Shown one piece after another: positions 54,034 to 62,395 of a DNA stretch of 64,000 nucleotides. The notes under the pieces are model-generated. The model was not told the origin of the DNA. It worked only from the letters and a program-made list of their open reading frames with translations, and did not search any database. The position numbers and the translations under genes were made by a program. The first letter of the stretch is position 1. Every line of letters begins with the position of its first letter. Source of the stretch: Candidatus Acidiferrales bacterium (GTDB taxonomy: Bacteria; Acidobacteriota; Terriglobia; Acidiferrales; DATBWB01); NCBI GenBank assembly GCA_036514995.1, contig DATBWB010000166.1:3165-67164 (forward strand), read 5' to 3'.

Positions 54034-55977
54034 ATGATTCTGCACCATTTGTGGATCATCCCAGTCTTACCCTTGCTTGGGGCTGCGCTCAACGGGCTTC
54101 TCGGGAAAAGAATCCCGCAGCGAACGGTGAGTTGGATCGGAAATGGCAGTGTGGGGCTAGCCTTACTTGCCGTGCTCGAGCTGGCAAGAGAAATGGCCTT
54201 TCTGCCCCCCGAGAAACTTCCCTGGATCAGCCGGCCATTTACCTGGATTGTTGCCGGAACTTTCCGAGCCGATTTCACGCTCTATCTGGACCAGCTAAGC
54301 CTGGTGATGCTGCTTGTGGTCGCGGGAGTGGGCTTTCTCATCCACATCTATTCGGTCGGCTACATGTCACAGGAAGGAGGCTACTACCGTTTTTTTGCCT
54401 ATCTCAACCTCTTCATGTTCTTCATGTTGCTTCTCGTGCTGGCGGGGAATTATTTGCTGCTCTACGTGGGCTGGGAGGGCGTTGGGCTTTGTTCGTATCT
54501 TCTCATTGGTTTTTACTTCCTGCGGAAGAGCGCGGCGGATGCCGGCAAGAAAGCATTCATCGTGAATCGCATAGGCGATTTCGGGTTTTCGCTGGGTGTG
54601 CTGCTCCTGTTCTGGACTTTCGGGTCGGTGGAATATGACAAGATTTTTGGTTTGGTTGCGGAGCGACCGATAGAGCAGGCCGGGTTCGGGGTGATGACCG
54701 TCATCGGATTCCTGCTGTTGACCGGAGCCATCGGAAAATCGGCGCAATTACCGCTTTATGTCTGGCTGCCTGACGCCATGGAGGGCCCGACGCCGGTGAG
54801 CGCGCTGATCCACGCCGCGACGATGGTAGCGGCGGGTGTGTACATGGTGGCGCGGTCAAACATCATCTTCACGCATGCGCCGAAGGCTATGGCAGCGGTG
54901 GCGGTAGTGGGCTGTGTCACTGCGATCTACTCCGCATCCATCGGGCTCGTGCAGACCGACCTCAAGCGTGTGCTCGCCTACTCGACGATCAGCCAGCTTG
55001 GCTACATGTTCCTGGCATGCGGCGTGGGCGCTTTTGCGGCAGGGATCTTTCACCTGATGACACACGCCTTTTTCAAGGCGCTACTCTTTCTTGCGGCGGG
55101 AAGCGTGATCCACGCACTGAGCGGGCTCCAGGATATTCGCGAAATGGGCGGGATCCGGAAAAGGATCCCAACCACGTATTGGACCTTCTTGGTGGCAACG
55201 CTAGCGATTTCGGGCGCGCCGCTTTTTTCCGGATTCTTCAGTAAGGACGAGATTCTCTGGCAGACCTACTCGAGCCCATATGGGAGCAAAGTGCTGTGGG
55301 GAATAGCGGTGGTCGCCACAGGAATGACAGCTTTCTACATGTTTCGCCTGGTCTTTCTGACCTTTCACGGGACCCGGCGATTCGACGAACGCAAAGTGCA
55401 CGTACATGAGTCCCCGCGCATCATGACACTGCCGCTCATCGCCCTGGCAATTCTTTCGGTAATCGGCGGATACGTCGGCATTCCAAAAGTACTGGGCGGC
55501 GGCAATCGTTTTGAAGAATATCTGGCGCCTGTTTTCGCGCCGGCCAATCGCGGATGGTTGGCTGCGGCGGCGACATACAGCCATGCAACGGAGCTAGGTG
55601 TGATGGTCCTAGCCCTAGGAGCAGCCGCGGCGGGATTTCTCATCGCCTATGTCTTCTATTTGCGCCGGCCGCAACTGGCGGAGCAGGTCTCCCAGAATTT
55701 TCATGGTCTGTACCGGTGGCTACTGAGGAAGTACTACGTGGACGAACTGTACGACGCGGCGATCGTCCATCCGGTTCACTGGGTCTCTGACCGACTGTTC
55801 TGGCGGGCAGTGGATGTCGGTGTGGTGGACGGCGCGGTGAACGGCCTAGCTGACCAAGCCAGAAGCGCGGGCGATCGGCTCAGAAGAATCCAGTCGGGCA
55901 ATACACGGAGCTACGCCGGCTGGGTGGTAGTGGGGACAACAGTGATCCTGACTTTCCTAATCCTGGGATTGCAGTAG
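54034..55977 (+). CDS. nuoL: NADH-quinone oxidoreductase subunit L
   Basis: 647 aa; VGWEGVGLCSYLLIGF, GKSAQLPLYVWLPDAMEGPTPVSALIHAATMV, and a C-terminal lateral helix region. Confidence 0.95.
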   Translation: MILHHLWIIPVLPLLGAALNGLLGKRIPQRTVSWIGNGSVGLALLAVLELAREMAFLPPEKLPWISRPFTWIVAGTFRADFTLYLDQLSLVMLLVVAGVGFLIHIYSVGYMSQEGGYYRFFAYLNLFMFFMLLLVLAGNYLLLYVGWEGVGLCSYLLIGFYFLRKSAADAGKKAFIVNRIGDFGFSLGVLLLFWTFGSVEYDKIFGLVAERPIEQAGFGVMTVIGFLLLTGAIGKSAQLPLYVWLPDAMEGPTPVSALIHAATMVAAGVYMVARSNIIFTHAPKAMAAVAVVGCVTAIYSASIGLVQTDLKRVLAYSTISQLGYMFLACGVGAFAAGIFHLMTHAFFKALLFLAAGSVIHALSGLQDIREMGGIRKRIPTTYWTFLVATLAISGAPLFSGFFSKDEILWQTYSSPYGSKVLWGIAVVATGMTAFYMFRLVFLTFHGTRRFDERKVHVHESPRIMTLPLIALAILSVIGGYVGIPKVLGGGNRFEEYLAPVFAPANRGWLAAAATYSHATELGVMVLALGAAAAGFLIAYVFYLRRPQLAEQVSQNFHGLYRWLLRKYYVDELYDAAIVHPVHWVSDRLFWRAVDVGVVDGAVNGLADQARSAGDRLRRIQSGNTRSYAGWVVVGTTVILTFLILGLQ

Positions 55978-57489
55978 ATGGGCAAGTCGGCGCTATTGAC
56001 GGCGGTGATCTTCCTGCCGCTTGCCGGCGGAGCCATTCTTCTTTTGTTTCGAAAGACGGCTGAGGAAGCCATTCGGCGGGTGGCTCTGGGAACGGCGGTT
56101 GCCGAATTTGGCGTTTCCTTACTGCTGGTAGCCGGATTCGATCCCGGGAGAGGAACGTACCAATTCGAACTGATACGTCGGTGGATTGTTTCGCCCCCGA
56201 TTCACTACCACATTGGTTTGGACGGCATCAGCCTGTTCCTCATCTTGCTCGTCACTTTCCTGACGCCGCTGGCGATGCTTGCTTCCTGGCGAAGCATCCA
56301 GACGCGGGTGAAGGAATTTTTCCTGATGATGCTGGTGCTCGAGACGGGCATGATCGGCGTGTTTGCTTCCCTTGATCTCTTCCTCTTCTACGTCTTTTGG
56401 GAAGTGATGCTGATCCCCATGTATTTTGTGATTGGGGTTTGGGGCCACGAGCGACGAATCTACGCTGCGGTCAAGTTTGTGCTTTTCACGATGGCAGGGT
56501 CCGTGCTGATGCTGGTGGCGATCATCTGGCTTTACAACTTTACCGGAACGTTTGACCTGCCGCAGATCCAACTGATACTGGCGTCCGGGTTGAAGGAGTT
56601 GGCGCCGCGAACAGAATTGTTGCTGTTCCTGGCGTTTTTCGTCGCCTTTGCGATCAAGGTTCCGCTTTTCCCTTTCCACACGTGGCTACCGGACGCGCAC
56701 GTGGAAGCGCCGACAGCGGGCTCGGTGATTCTGGCTGGTGTCCTATTGAAGATGGGCACCTATGGCATGTTGCGCTTCTGCCTGCCGTTGTTCCCGCAAG
56801 CGTCCAGGGATTCAGCCCCGGCAATCTGTGTTTTGGCAATCATCGGGATCCTCTACGGGGCGCTGGTGGCGATGGTCCAGCCAGATATCAAGAAGCTGGT
56901 GGCATTTTCTTCGGTCAGCCACCTGGGTTTCGTGGTGCTGGGAATTTTCGCCTTCAACGTGCCGGGAATTGAGGGAGCCATCTATCAGATGTTGAATCAC
57001 GGCGTCTCGACCGGCGCGCTCTTTGTGATGGTGGGGATGCTCTATGACCGGCGTCATACGCATCTGATATCCGAATTTGGGGGCTTGGCGACGCCGATGC
57101 CAATCTTTTCAAGCTTGTTCCTTTTCGTTTGCCTGTCATCCCTTGGGCTGCCGATGCTGAACGGATTTGTGGGCGAATTCCTGATACTGGTCGGCGTGTT
57201 TGGAGTCAACGTTTACCGGGCGGTGGCGGCGGCGCTGGGGGTGATTCTGTCGGCGGTGTATCTACTTTGGATGTACCAGCGGACCGTCTTCGGTGGAGTA
57301 ACGCAAAAAAGGAATCGGGCGTTGCCTGATTTGAATTGGAGAGAAAAGGCGATTTTAATACCCATCGCGGTCATGATTCTGTGGATGGGAGTCGCTTCAC
57401 CGATGTTCACAAGCAGGATGGAAGCCTCCACTCAACAACTGATTCAGCAGATGGAGCCGGCGGCTGGCTACCGGCTGGCGCAGAAGTAG
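55978..57489 (+). CDS. nuoM: NADH-quinone oxidoreductase subunit M
   Basis: FYVFWEVMLIPMYF, KVPLFPFHTWLPDAHVEAPTAGSVILAGVLLKMG. Confidence 0.93.
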   Translation: MGKSALLTAVIFLPLAGGAILLLFRKTAEEAIRRVALGTAVAEFGVSLLLVAGFDPGRGTYQFELIRRWIVSPPIHYHIGLDGISLFLILLVTFLTPLAMLASWRSIQTRVKEFFLMMLVLETGMIGVFASLDLFLFYVFWEVMLIPMYFVIGVWGHERRIYAAVKFVLFTMAGSVLMLVAIIWLYNFTGTFDLPQIQLILASGLKELAPRTELLLFLAFFVAFAIKVPLFPFHTWLPDAHVEAPTAGSVILAGVLLKMGTYGMLRFCLPLFPQASRDSAPAICVLAIIGILYGALVAMVQPDIKKLVAFSSVSHLGFVVLGIFAFNVPGIEGAIYQMLNHGVSTGALFVMVGMLYDRRHTHLISEFGGLATPMPIFSSLFLFVCLSSLGLPMLNGFVGEFLILVGVFGVNVYRAVAAALGVILSAVYLLWMYQRTVFGGVTQKRNRALPDLNWREKAILIPIAVMILWMGVASPMFTSRMEASTQQLIQQMEPAAGYRLAQK

Positions 57490-57492
57490 CCG

Positions 57493-58947
57493 ATGACGTT
57501 TTCGAACACCGATCTGATTCGCATTCTCCCCGAGCTCATTCTGTGCTTCGGCGGCGTCGTGGTGATGGTGCTCGAGCCATTTCTGCCGCGCCACAAGAAG
57601 CCACTTCTCATGCCACTTGCGTTGTTCAGCATGATTCTGGCTCTCGCGAGCGTGCCCTGGCAGTCCTCTGCACCAGGCACGGGCTTTAATAGCATGATCG
57701 TGGTGGACGGATTCAGCGCGTTTCTGCATCTCCTGGTGTTGCTCATCGGCATTTTGACGGCGTTGATCTCTTCCGCATATTTGCAGCGCGAAGGCGAGAC
57801 GCATGGCGAATATTACGCCTTGCTGCTCTTCGGAACGGCCGGCATGGGGATCATGGCTGGGGCGAACGAGCTGGTGACCGTTTTTCTCGGGCTTGAGATT
57901 TCCTCCCTTGCGACCTACATCCTGGCGGGCTTTCGCAGAGGGGCGCTCAAGTCGAATGAATCAGCGCTGAAATATTTTCTGCTGGGATCTTTTGCTGTGG
58001 GCTTCCTGCTCTACGGCATTGCACTGCTGTATGGGGGGACGGGAACGACGGTCTTGCCTGAAATTCGAGCGGTATTGGAAAGAGGGGCGGAGAACCGGAC
58101 GTTTGTGTGGCTTGGCGCGGGGATGCTGATGGTCGGGTTGGGATTCAAAGTGGCGGCCGCGCCGTTCCAGGTGTGGACGCCGGACGTATATGAAGGAGCA
58201 CCAACTCCGATTACGGCTTTCCTCTCGGCAGGCCCAAAGGCGGCAGCCTTTGCGGTTTTCTTGAGGGTATTCCACACGGCTCTGTGGCCAGGGAATGAGC
58301 GCTGGTTTTGGGTGATTTGGGTGATGGCAGTGCTGACGATGTTTGTCGGAAACCTGGCGGCGCTCGTCCAGGGCAATATCAAACGCATGCTGGCCTATTC
58401 CTCGATCGCCCATGCCGGCTATATCCTGATAGCGTTTGCGGCGCGCAGCGAAATTGGATTAGCCGCCGCGCTCTTCTATCTTGTGGCTTACGCGATGATG
58501 AAGCTGGGAGCGTTTACGATCGTTTCTCACCTGGGCGGACAAGGTGAGAAGCACGTCGAGATCGAAGAGTATGCCGGGCTGGGGACACGCCAGCCGCTCC
58601 TGGCCGCCTGTTTGACCCTCTACCTGTTGTCGTTGATAGGTCTCCCGCTGACAGCGGGATTTTTGGGGAAGTTCTATATCTTTCAGGCGGCACTGCGAGC
58701 GGATTTGGTCTGGCTGGTGGTGCTCGGCGTCGTTAACAGCGCCATCTCGGTGTACTACTATCTGCGCGTCGTGGTTGTGATGTACATGAAGGAGCCAACA
58801 GAAGAATTGCAGCCGGCTGCCCTTCCCCACTCGGTCAGTTTTGTTCTTGCCCTGACAACCTTGGCAGTGCTTGGGCTGGGGATCTTCCCCGGCGGCATTG
58901 TCAGTCTGGCGTCGGTCGCGTCCCGCTCTATCCTACCGGTGCGCTGA
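57493..58947 (+). CDS. nuoN: NADH-quinone oxidoreductase subunit N
   Basis: LGLEISSLATYIL, FKVAAAPFQVWTPDVYEGAPTPITAF. Confidence 0.92.
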   Translation: MTFSNTDLIRILPELILCFGGVVVMVLEPFLPRHKKPLLMPLALFSMILALASVPWQSSAPGTGFNSMIVVDGFSAFLHLLVLLIGILTALISSAYLQREGETHGEYYALLLFGTAGMGIMAGANELVTVFLGLEISSLATYILAGFRRGALKSNESALKYFLLGSFAVGFLLYGIALLYGGTGTTVLPEIRAVLERGAENRTFVWLGAGMLMVGLGFKVAAAPFQVWTPDVYEGAPTPITAFLSAGPKAAAFAVFLRVFHTALWPGNERWFWVIWVMAVLTMFVGNLAALVQGNIKRMLAYSSIAHAGYILIAFAARSEIGLAAALFYLVAYAMMKLGAFTIVSHLGGQGEKHVEIEEYAGLGTRQPLLAACLTLYLLSLIGLPLTAGFLGKFYIFQAALRADLVWLVVLGVVNSAISVYYYLRVVVVMYMKEPTEELQPAALPHSVSFVLALTTLAVLGLGIFPGGIVSLASVASRSILPVR

Positions 58948-58954
58948 AAGGTCA

Positions 58955-58973
58955 AATCCCGGAAACCGGGTTT
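58955..58973. terminator. short hairpin between convergent nuoN and atpE (possible bidirectional terminator)
   Basis: AAATCCCGG-AAA-CCGGGTTT. The stem is only 5 GC pairs and the A/T flanks are short. Confidence 0.3.
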
Positions 58974-59033
58974 CCAAAAAAGAAAAGAGGAAGCCTGCGA
59001 CTTCCCCCAAAGCACTCGAATCGACCTGATCGG

Positions 59034-59351
59034 CTACTTGACCTTGATGAAGATGATCGCGAAGGTGTAGAGCGCCATGGACTCGATCAGAACGAGCGCC
59101 AAAATGAGCGCGAAACGAATCGCTGGCGCAGCGCCCGGATTGCGAGCGAGGCCTTCGGCTGCGGCGGCGGTCGCGCGTGCCTGCGCGTAACCACAGGCCG
59201 CTGAAGCAATGGCCATAGAGAAACCAGCCGTGAGCGCAACCCAATTGACTGGGAGGGAAGAATTTCCGGGGCTGCTCTCAGCGGCGAGCACTGGGGTAGC
59301 AAGGCCGAGCAGCAGCAATGCGAAAGCGAAAAACGCAAAGGCTTTTTTCAA
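59034..59351 (-). CDS. atpE: F0F1 ATP synthase subunit c with N-terminal signal-peptide-like extension
   Basis: TTG start 7 nt after an AAGGAG SD. The hairpin loop is EGLARNPGA and the ion-binding Glu lies in LVLIESMALY. The N-terminal LKKAFAFFAFALLLLGLATPVLAAE resembles a cleavable signal peptide. ORF 59034..59468 contains it. Confidence 0.85.
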   Translation of the reverse strand: MKKAFAFFAFALLLLGLATPVLAAESSPGNSSLPVNWVALTAGFSMAIASAACGYAQARATAAAAEGLARNPGAAPAIRFALILALVLIESMALYTFAIIFIKVK

Positions 59352-59442
59352 GAGACTGCTCCTTTCGTTATGAACGTGGATCAGGCGGTGGCTTCCGGAC
59401 AACCCTCTTGCAGCCGGAATCACACTGATCGAACAAGCCAGA

Positions 59443-60258
59443 TTAATGCTCTTCCGCCACAGCCCCACTCAAATAAATGATCGGCAGAAGAGTAAAAACA
59501 AACCCTTGTAGAACAGCCACAAAGATATGAAGCCCGATAAAAAGAATGGGGAAGGTGAGAGGGAAAAGCAGGATCATCCCACCCACCACAGGCGAAAGAT
59601 TCCAACCGGCGGAAAACGCAAGCATGGCGAGCCCCAAGAAAACGCCGTAAAGGAGTTCGCTCACGAACATATTGGCAAAGAGACGGACACTCAAGGAAAG
59701 AACACGCGCGCCGTGGCTCACCGTCTCGATGATGACCATGAGCGGCGACATGGGCAGCAGGGGTCCAAGAAATTGCTTAAGGTAGCGCCTCGCTCCATGA
59801 TGGCGGATGCCGGAATAGTGGTAATAAGAGACAGCAACGAGGGCACAGCCGATGGTAACGGTAATGTTGGCGGTCGGCGATTCAAAGCCTGGAATTATGC
59901 TAATCAGATTACAAAAAAGCACAAAGAGGCCAACACCCCCAACAACCGGAAGGAACGAGCGACCGTGATGCCCGATGATATCGTCGAGAAGATCGCGGGC
60001 CCCGATTCCCATCGGATTGGTGAGCAGCATCTCGCAGAGCTGCTGCATGATACCAGGGCGATTGACCGAGAGACGCGTACGCAACCAACCGAAGAAAACG
60101 ACCGCCAGAAGAATGACCACCAACTCGACGGCAATGTGGTTGGGAATGGGGTGAGCAGGGTCTGATGCCTTGATGTGAAGAAAGGCAAGAACGGCGGCTA
60201 CATATTTTCCAAGCAGTTTGTTGACGACGCCCGTGATCCAGAGCTGATGATGTTCCAT
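59443..60258 (-). CDS. atpB: F0F1 ATP synthase subunit a
   Basis: 271 aa. The essential Arg lies in LSLSVRLFANMFVSE, and the C-terminal helices read HIFVAVLQGFVFTLL. Confidence 0.92.
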   Translation of the reverse strand: MEHHQLWITGVVNKLLGKYVAAVLAFLHIKASDPAHPIPNHIAVELVVILLAVVFFGWLRTRLSVNRPGIMQQLCEMLLTNPMGIGARDLLDDIIGHHGRSFLPVVGGVGLFVLFCNLISIIPGFESPTANITVTIGCALVAVSYYHYSGIRHHGARRYLKQFLGPLLPMSPLMVIIETVSHGARVLSLSVRLFANMFVSELLYGVFLGLAMLAFSAGWNLSPVVGGMILLFPLTFPILFIGLHIFVAVLQGFVFTLLPIIYLSGAVAEEH

Positions 60259-60267
60259 GACGCGGAC

Positions 60268-60726
60268 TTACCGTCCCCTCGCAACCTCGTAGAGGAATTC
60301 GGCGGCCACGGCGGGGACCAAAATAAGCAGGCCACCGATGACAGCCAGTATGGGCACGAGAGAGCGTGAGAAAATAACATAGACCACAACGCCAATCAAG
60401 GCGTAGCGCCCGAAAAACTTGAAGTAAGCGAGCTTGGAAGGACGAGCCCGGCCGGCTCGGGCCACTGCTGAAACCGCCTGCGAAATCCACCAGTAGTTGA
60501 GCAAGGCAAGCGCCGCTCCAATCAGGAAGCCGACCGCCGCCCGCCAACCCCATCGAAACAGAATGCCAACCGTTCCCAAAAGACCCAAGACGAGAACAAA
60601 CCGGACCAACCGTCCTTCTGCTCCGGCAAGGAGCCGACGCTCCGACTCAGGGATTTGGCCCGTTGTTGCCACTTCCAAGACCCTCGTCCTTCGGGATTCG
60701 ACGCAGAACCTCCCGAAGACCTGCAA
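60268..60726 (-). CDS. atpI: ATP synthase protein I-like membrane protein
   Basis: Four TM helices and a position immediately upstream of atpB. The true start is probably GTG 60672 or TTG 60678 (GAGGG SD), because the first ATG overlaps atpZ by 80 nt. Confidence 0.6.
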   Translation of the reverse strand: MQVFGRFCVESRRTRVLEVATTGQIPESERRLLAGAEGRLVRFVLVLGLLGTVGILFRWGWRAAVGFLIGAALALLNYWWISQAVSAVARAGRARPSKLAYFKFFGRYALIGVVVYVIFSRSLVPILAVIGGLLILVPAVAAEFLYEVARGR

Positions 60727-60922
60727 CTAAGCCAACAAACATGAAAATGATTGTTAGGACCGCGCCAGTGTACGCAGGATAGAATCTATGCAATGCACGA
60801 TCCAAGAGCCAACCGATAAGCAACCCTCCTAGGACAGCGCCCACAAAAACGAACGGAAGCTCCATAGCAATGACCAAAGCGTTCAACAAGGACTGACGGC
60901 GCTCTTTGGGCCCTTTGGCCAT
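60647..60922 (-). CDS. atpZ: AtpZ/AtpI-family small membrane protein (putative F0F1 assembly/ion-transport accessory)
   Basis: 91 aa with two TM helices: ELPFVFVGAVLGGLLIGWLLDR and a second, FMFVGLVAGLREVLRRI. Confidence 0.65.
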   Translation of the reverse strand: MAKGPKERRQSLLNALVIAMELPFVFVGAVLGGLLIGWLLDRALHRFYPAYTGAVLTIIFMFVGLVAGLREVLRRIPKDEGLGSGNNGPNP

Positions 60923-60928
60923 GGAAAC

Positions 60929-62395
60929 CTAACGGAAGGGCAGAAGCAATGTATATTGAGTGAATTGAATGAAGGGCTGCGGATAGATGCCAATCACCAT
61001 AGTCATGACGATACTGAAGCCAAGAGCGACCGCAAGGCCCGGGGAGACAATCGCACGCCCGGGCTCGGTCGGCTGGCGCATGAACATGGCGACCACGATT
61101 CGGAAGTAATAGTAGAGCGAAACGGCCACGTAGGAAACAGCAATCACCGCGAGAACCGGGTGGTTGGTTTCAATCAAGGAAAGGAAGATGAAGTACTTGC
61201 CCCAAAAGCCAGCGGTAGGGGGTATCCCGGCGAGCGAAAGCAAGAAAATGATCATGAGGACGCTGGCAGCCGGATTCTTGAAATAGAGGCCGGACAGATC
61301 ATCGATTTCGTCGCCGATAAGGTCCTTGCGGCGCATGGCCACGATGACGGCAAACGCGCCCATATTCATGAAGGCGTAAACCAGGAGGTAGATCGCAATC
61401 CCCTGCAAGCCATGCTCGTTGCCTGCGACGAGGCCGAGTAGCATGTAGCCGACATGCGAAATGGAGGAGTAGGCGAGAAGGCGCTTGGTGTTGGACTGGG
61501 TGATGGCGGCGAGATTCCCCAGGGTCATGGTCGCAACGGCAATGGCCGCCAGAAGATACTGGAAAGTGGCCCAGAGGGCAGGAGCGGGCACGATGGCGGT
61601 CATCAAGATACGAAGAAGCATCGCAAAGGACGCGGCCTTGGAGGCAACAGAAACATAGGCGGTAATGGTGGTCGGCGCGCCCTCGTAAACGTCAGGCGCC
61701 CATTGGTGAAAGGGCACGGCAGCAATCTTAAAGAACATGCCGGCGGAAAGGGTGACAAGGGCGAGGAGAACGACGGGATCGTTCGAGGGGCGGTTGCCAA
61801 TCACCTCACCGATTTTTTGTAGATTCGTCGAATTGCTAAGACCATAAAAAAGCGAGAACCCGTAGGCGAGCAGGCCTGAAGAAAACGCGCCGAGGAGGAG
61901 GTACTTCATAGCGGCTTCGTTCGAGCGCCGGTCGCGGCGGAAAAAGCCAACGAGGATGTAGAAGGCAATGGCCATCGTTTCCAAAGAGATGAAGAGCACC
62001 ACGATGTCCATTCCACTTGCCATAAAAAGCATGCCGATGGCGGCAAAAAGGATCAGCGCGTAGTATTCGCCATGATGTTCGGCCTCGATTTCCAGATAGC
62101 GGGCCGACATCAAAATGACGAGGGCAGCAGCCGCGAGAACAATCAGGCCGAAGAAGACGTAGAAACGATCCACGACCAAGGCACCGGCGAAGCCAGAGAA
62201 GGTCAAATCCCGCATGCGCCAAAGCGCATATCCGGCCACAGCCACACCAAGGAGCGAGACCCAGGCCTGGCGGCGTTTTTGCTCGGGAGGGACAAGAAAG
62301 TCGGTCAGCAGGATGAACAAGCCGAAGAGCGCCAGCTCAAGCTGGGGGATGATCATCAAGTAGTCGCTTTTTTGGAAAAACTCATTCCACATCAA
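60929..62395 (-). CDS. nuoN: NADH-quinone oxidoreductase subunit N (second copy)
   Basis: ISLETMAIAFYIL and FKIAAVPFHQWAPDVYEGAPTTITAY. It is paralogous to 57493..58947. Confidence 0.9.
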   Translation of the reverse strand: MMWNEFFQKSDYLMIIPQLELALFGLFILLTDFLVPPEQKRRQAWVSLLGVAVAGYALWRMRDLTFSGFAGALVVDRFYVFFGLIVLAAAALVILMSARYLEIEAEHHGEYYALILFAAIGMLFMASGMDIVVLFISLETMAIAFYILVGFFRRDRRSNEAAMKYLLLGAFSSGLLAYGFSLFYGLSNSTNLQKIGEVIGNRPSNDPVVLLALVTLSAGMFFKIAAVPFHQWAPDVYEGAPTTITAYVSVASKAASFAMLLRILMTAIVPAPALWATFQYLLAAIAVATMTLGNLAAITQSNTKRLLAYSSISHVGYMLLGLVAGNEHGLQGIAIYLLVYAFMNMGAFAVIVAMRRKDLIGDEIDDLSGLYFKNPAASVLMIIFLLSLAGIPPTAGFWGKYFIFLSLIETNHPVLAVIAVSYVAVSLYYYFRIVVAMFMRQPTEPGRAIVSPGLAVALGFSIVMTMVIGIYPQPFIQFTQYTLLLPFR

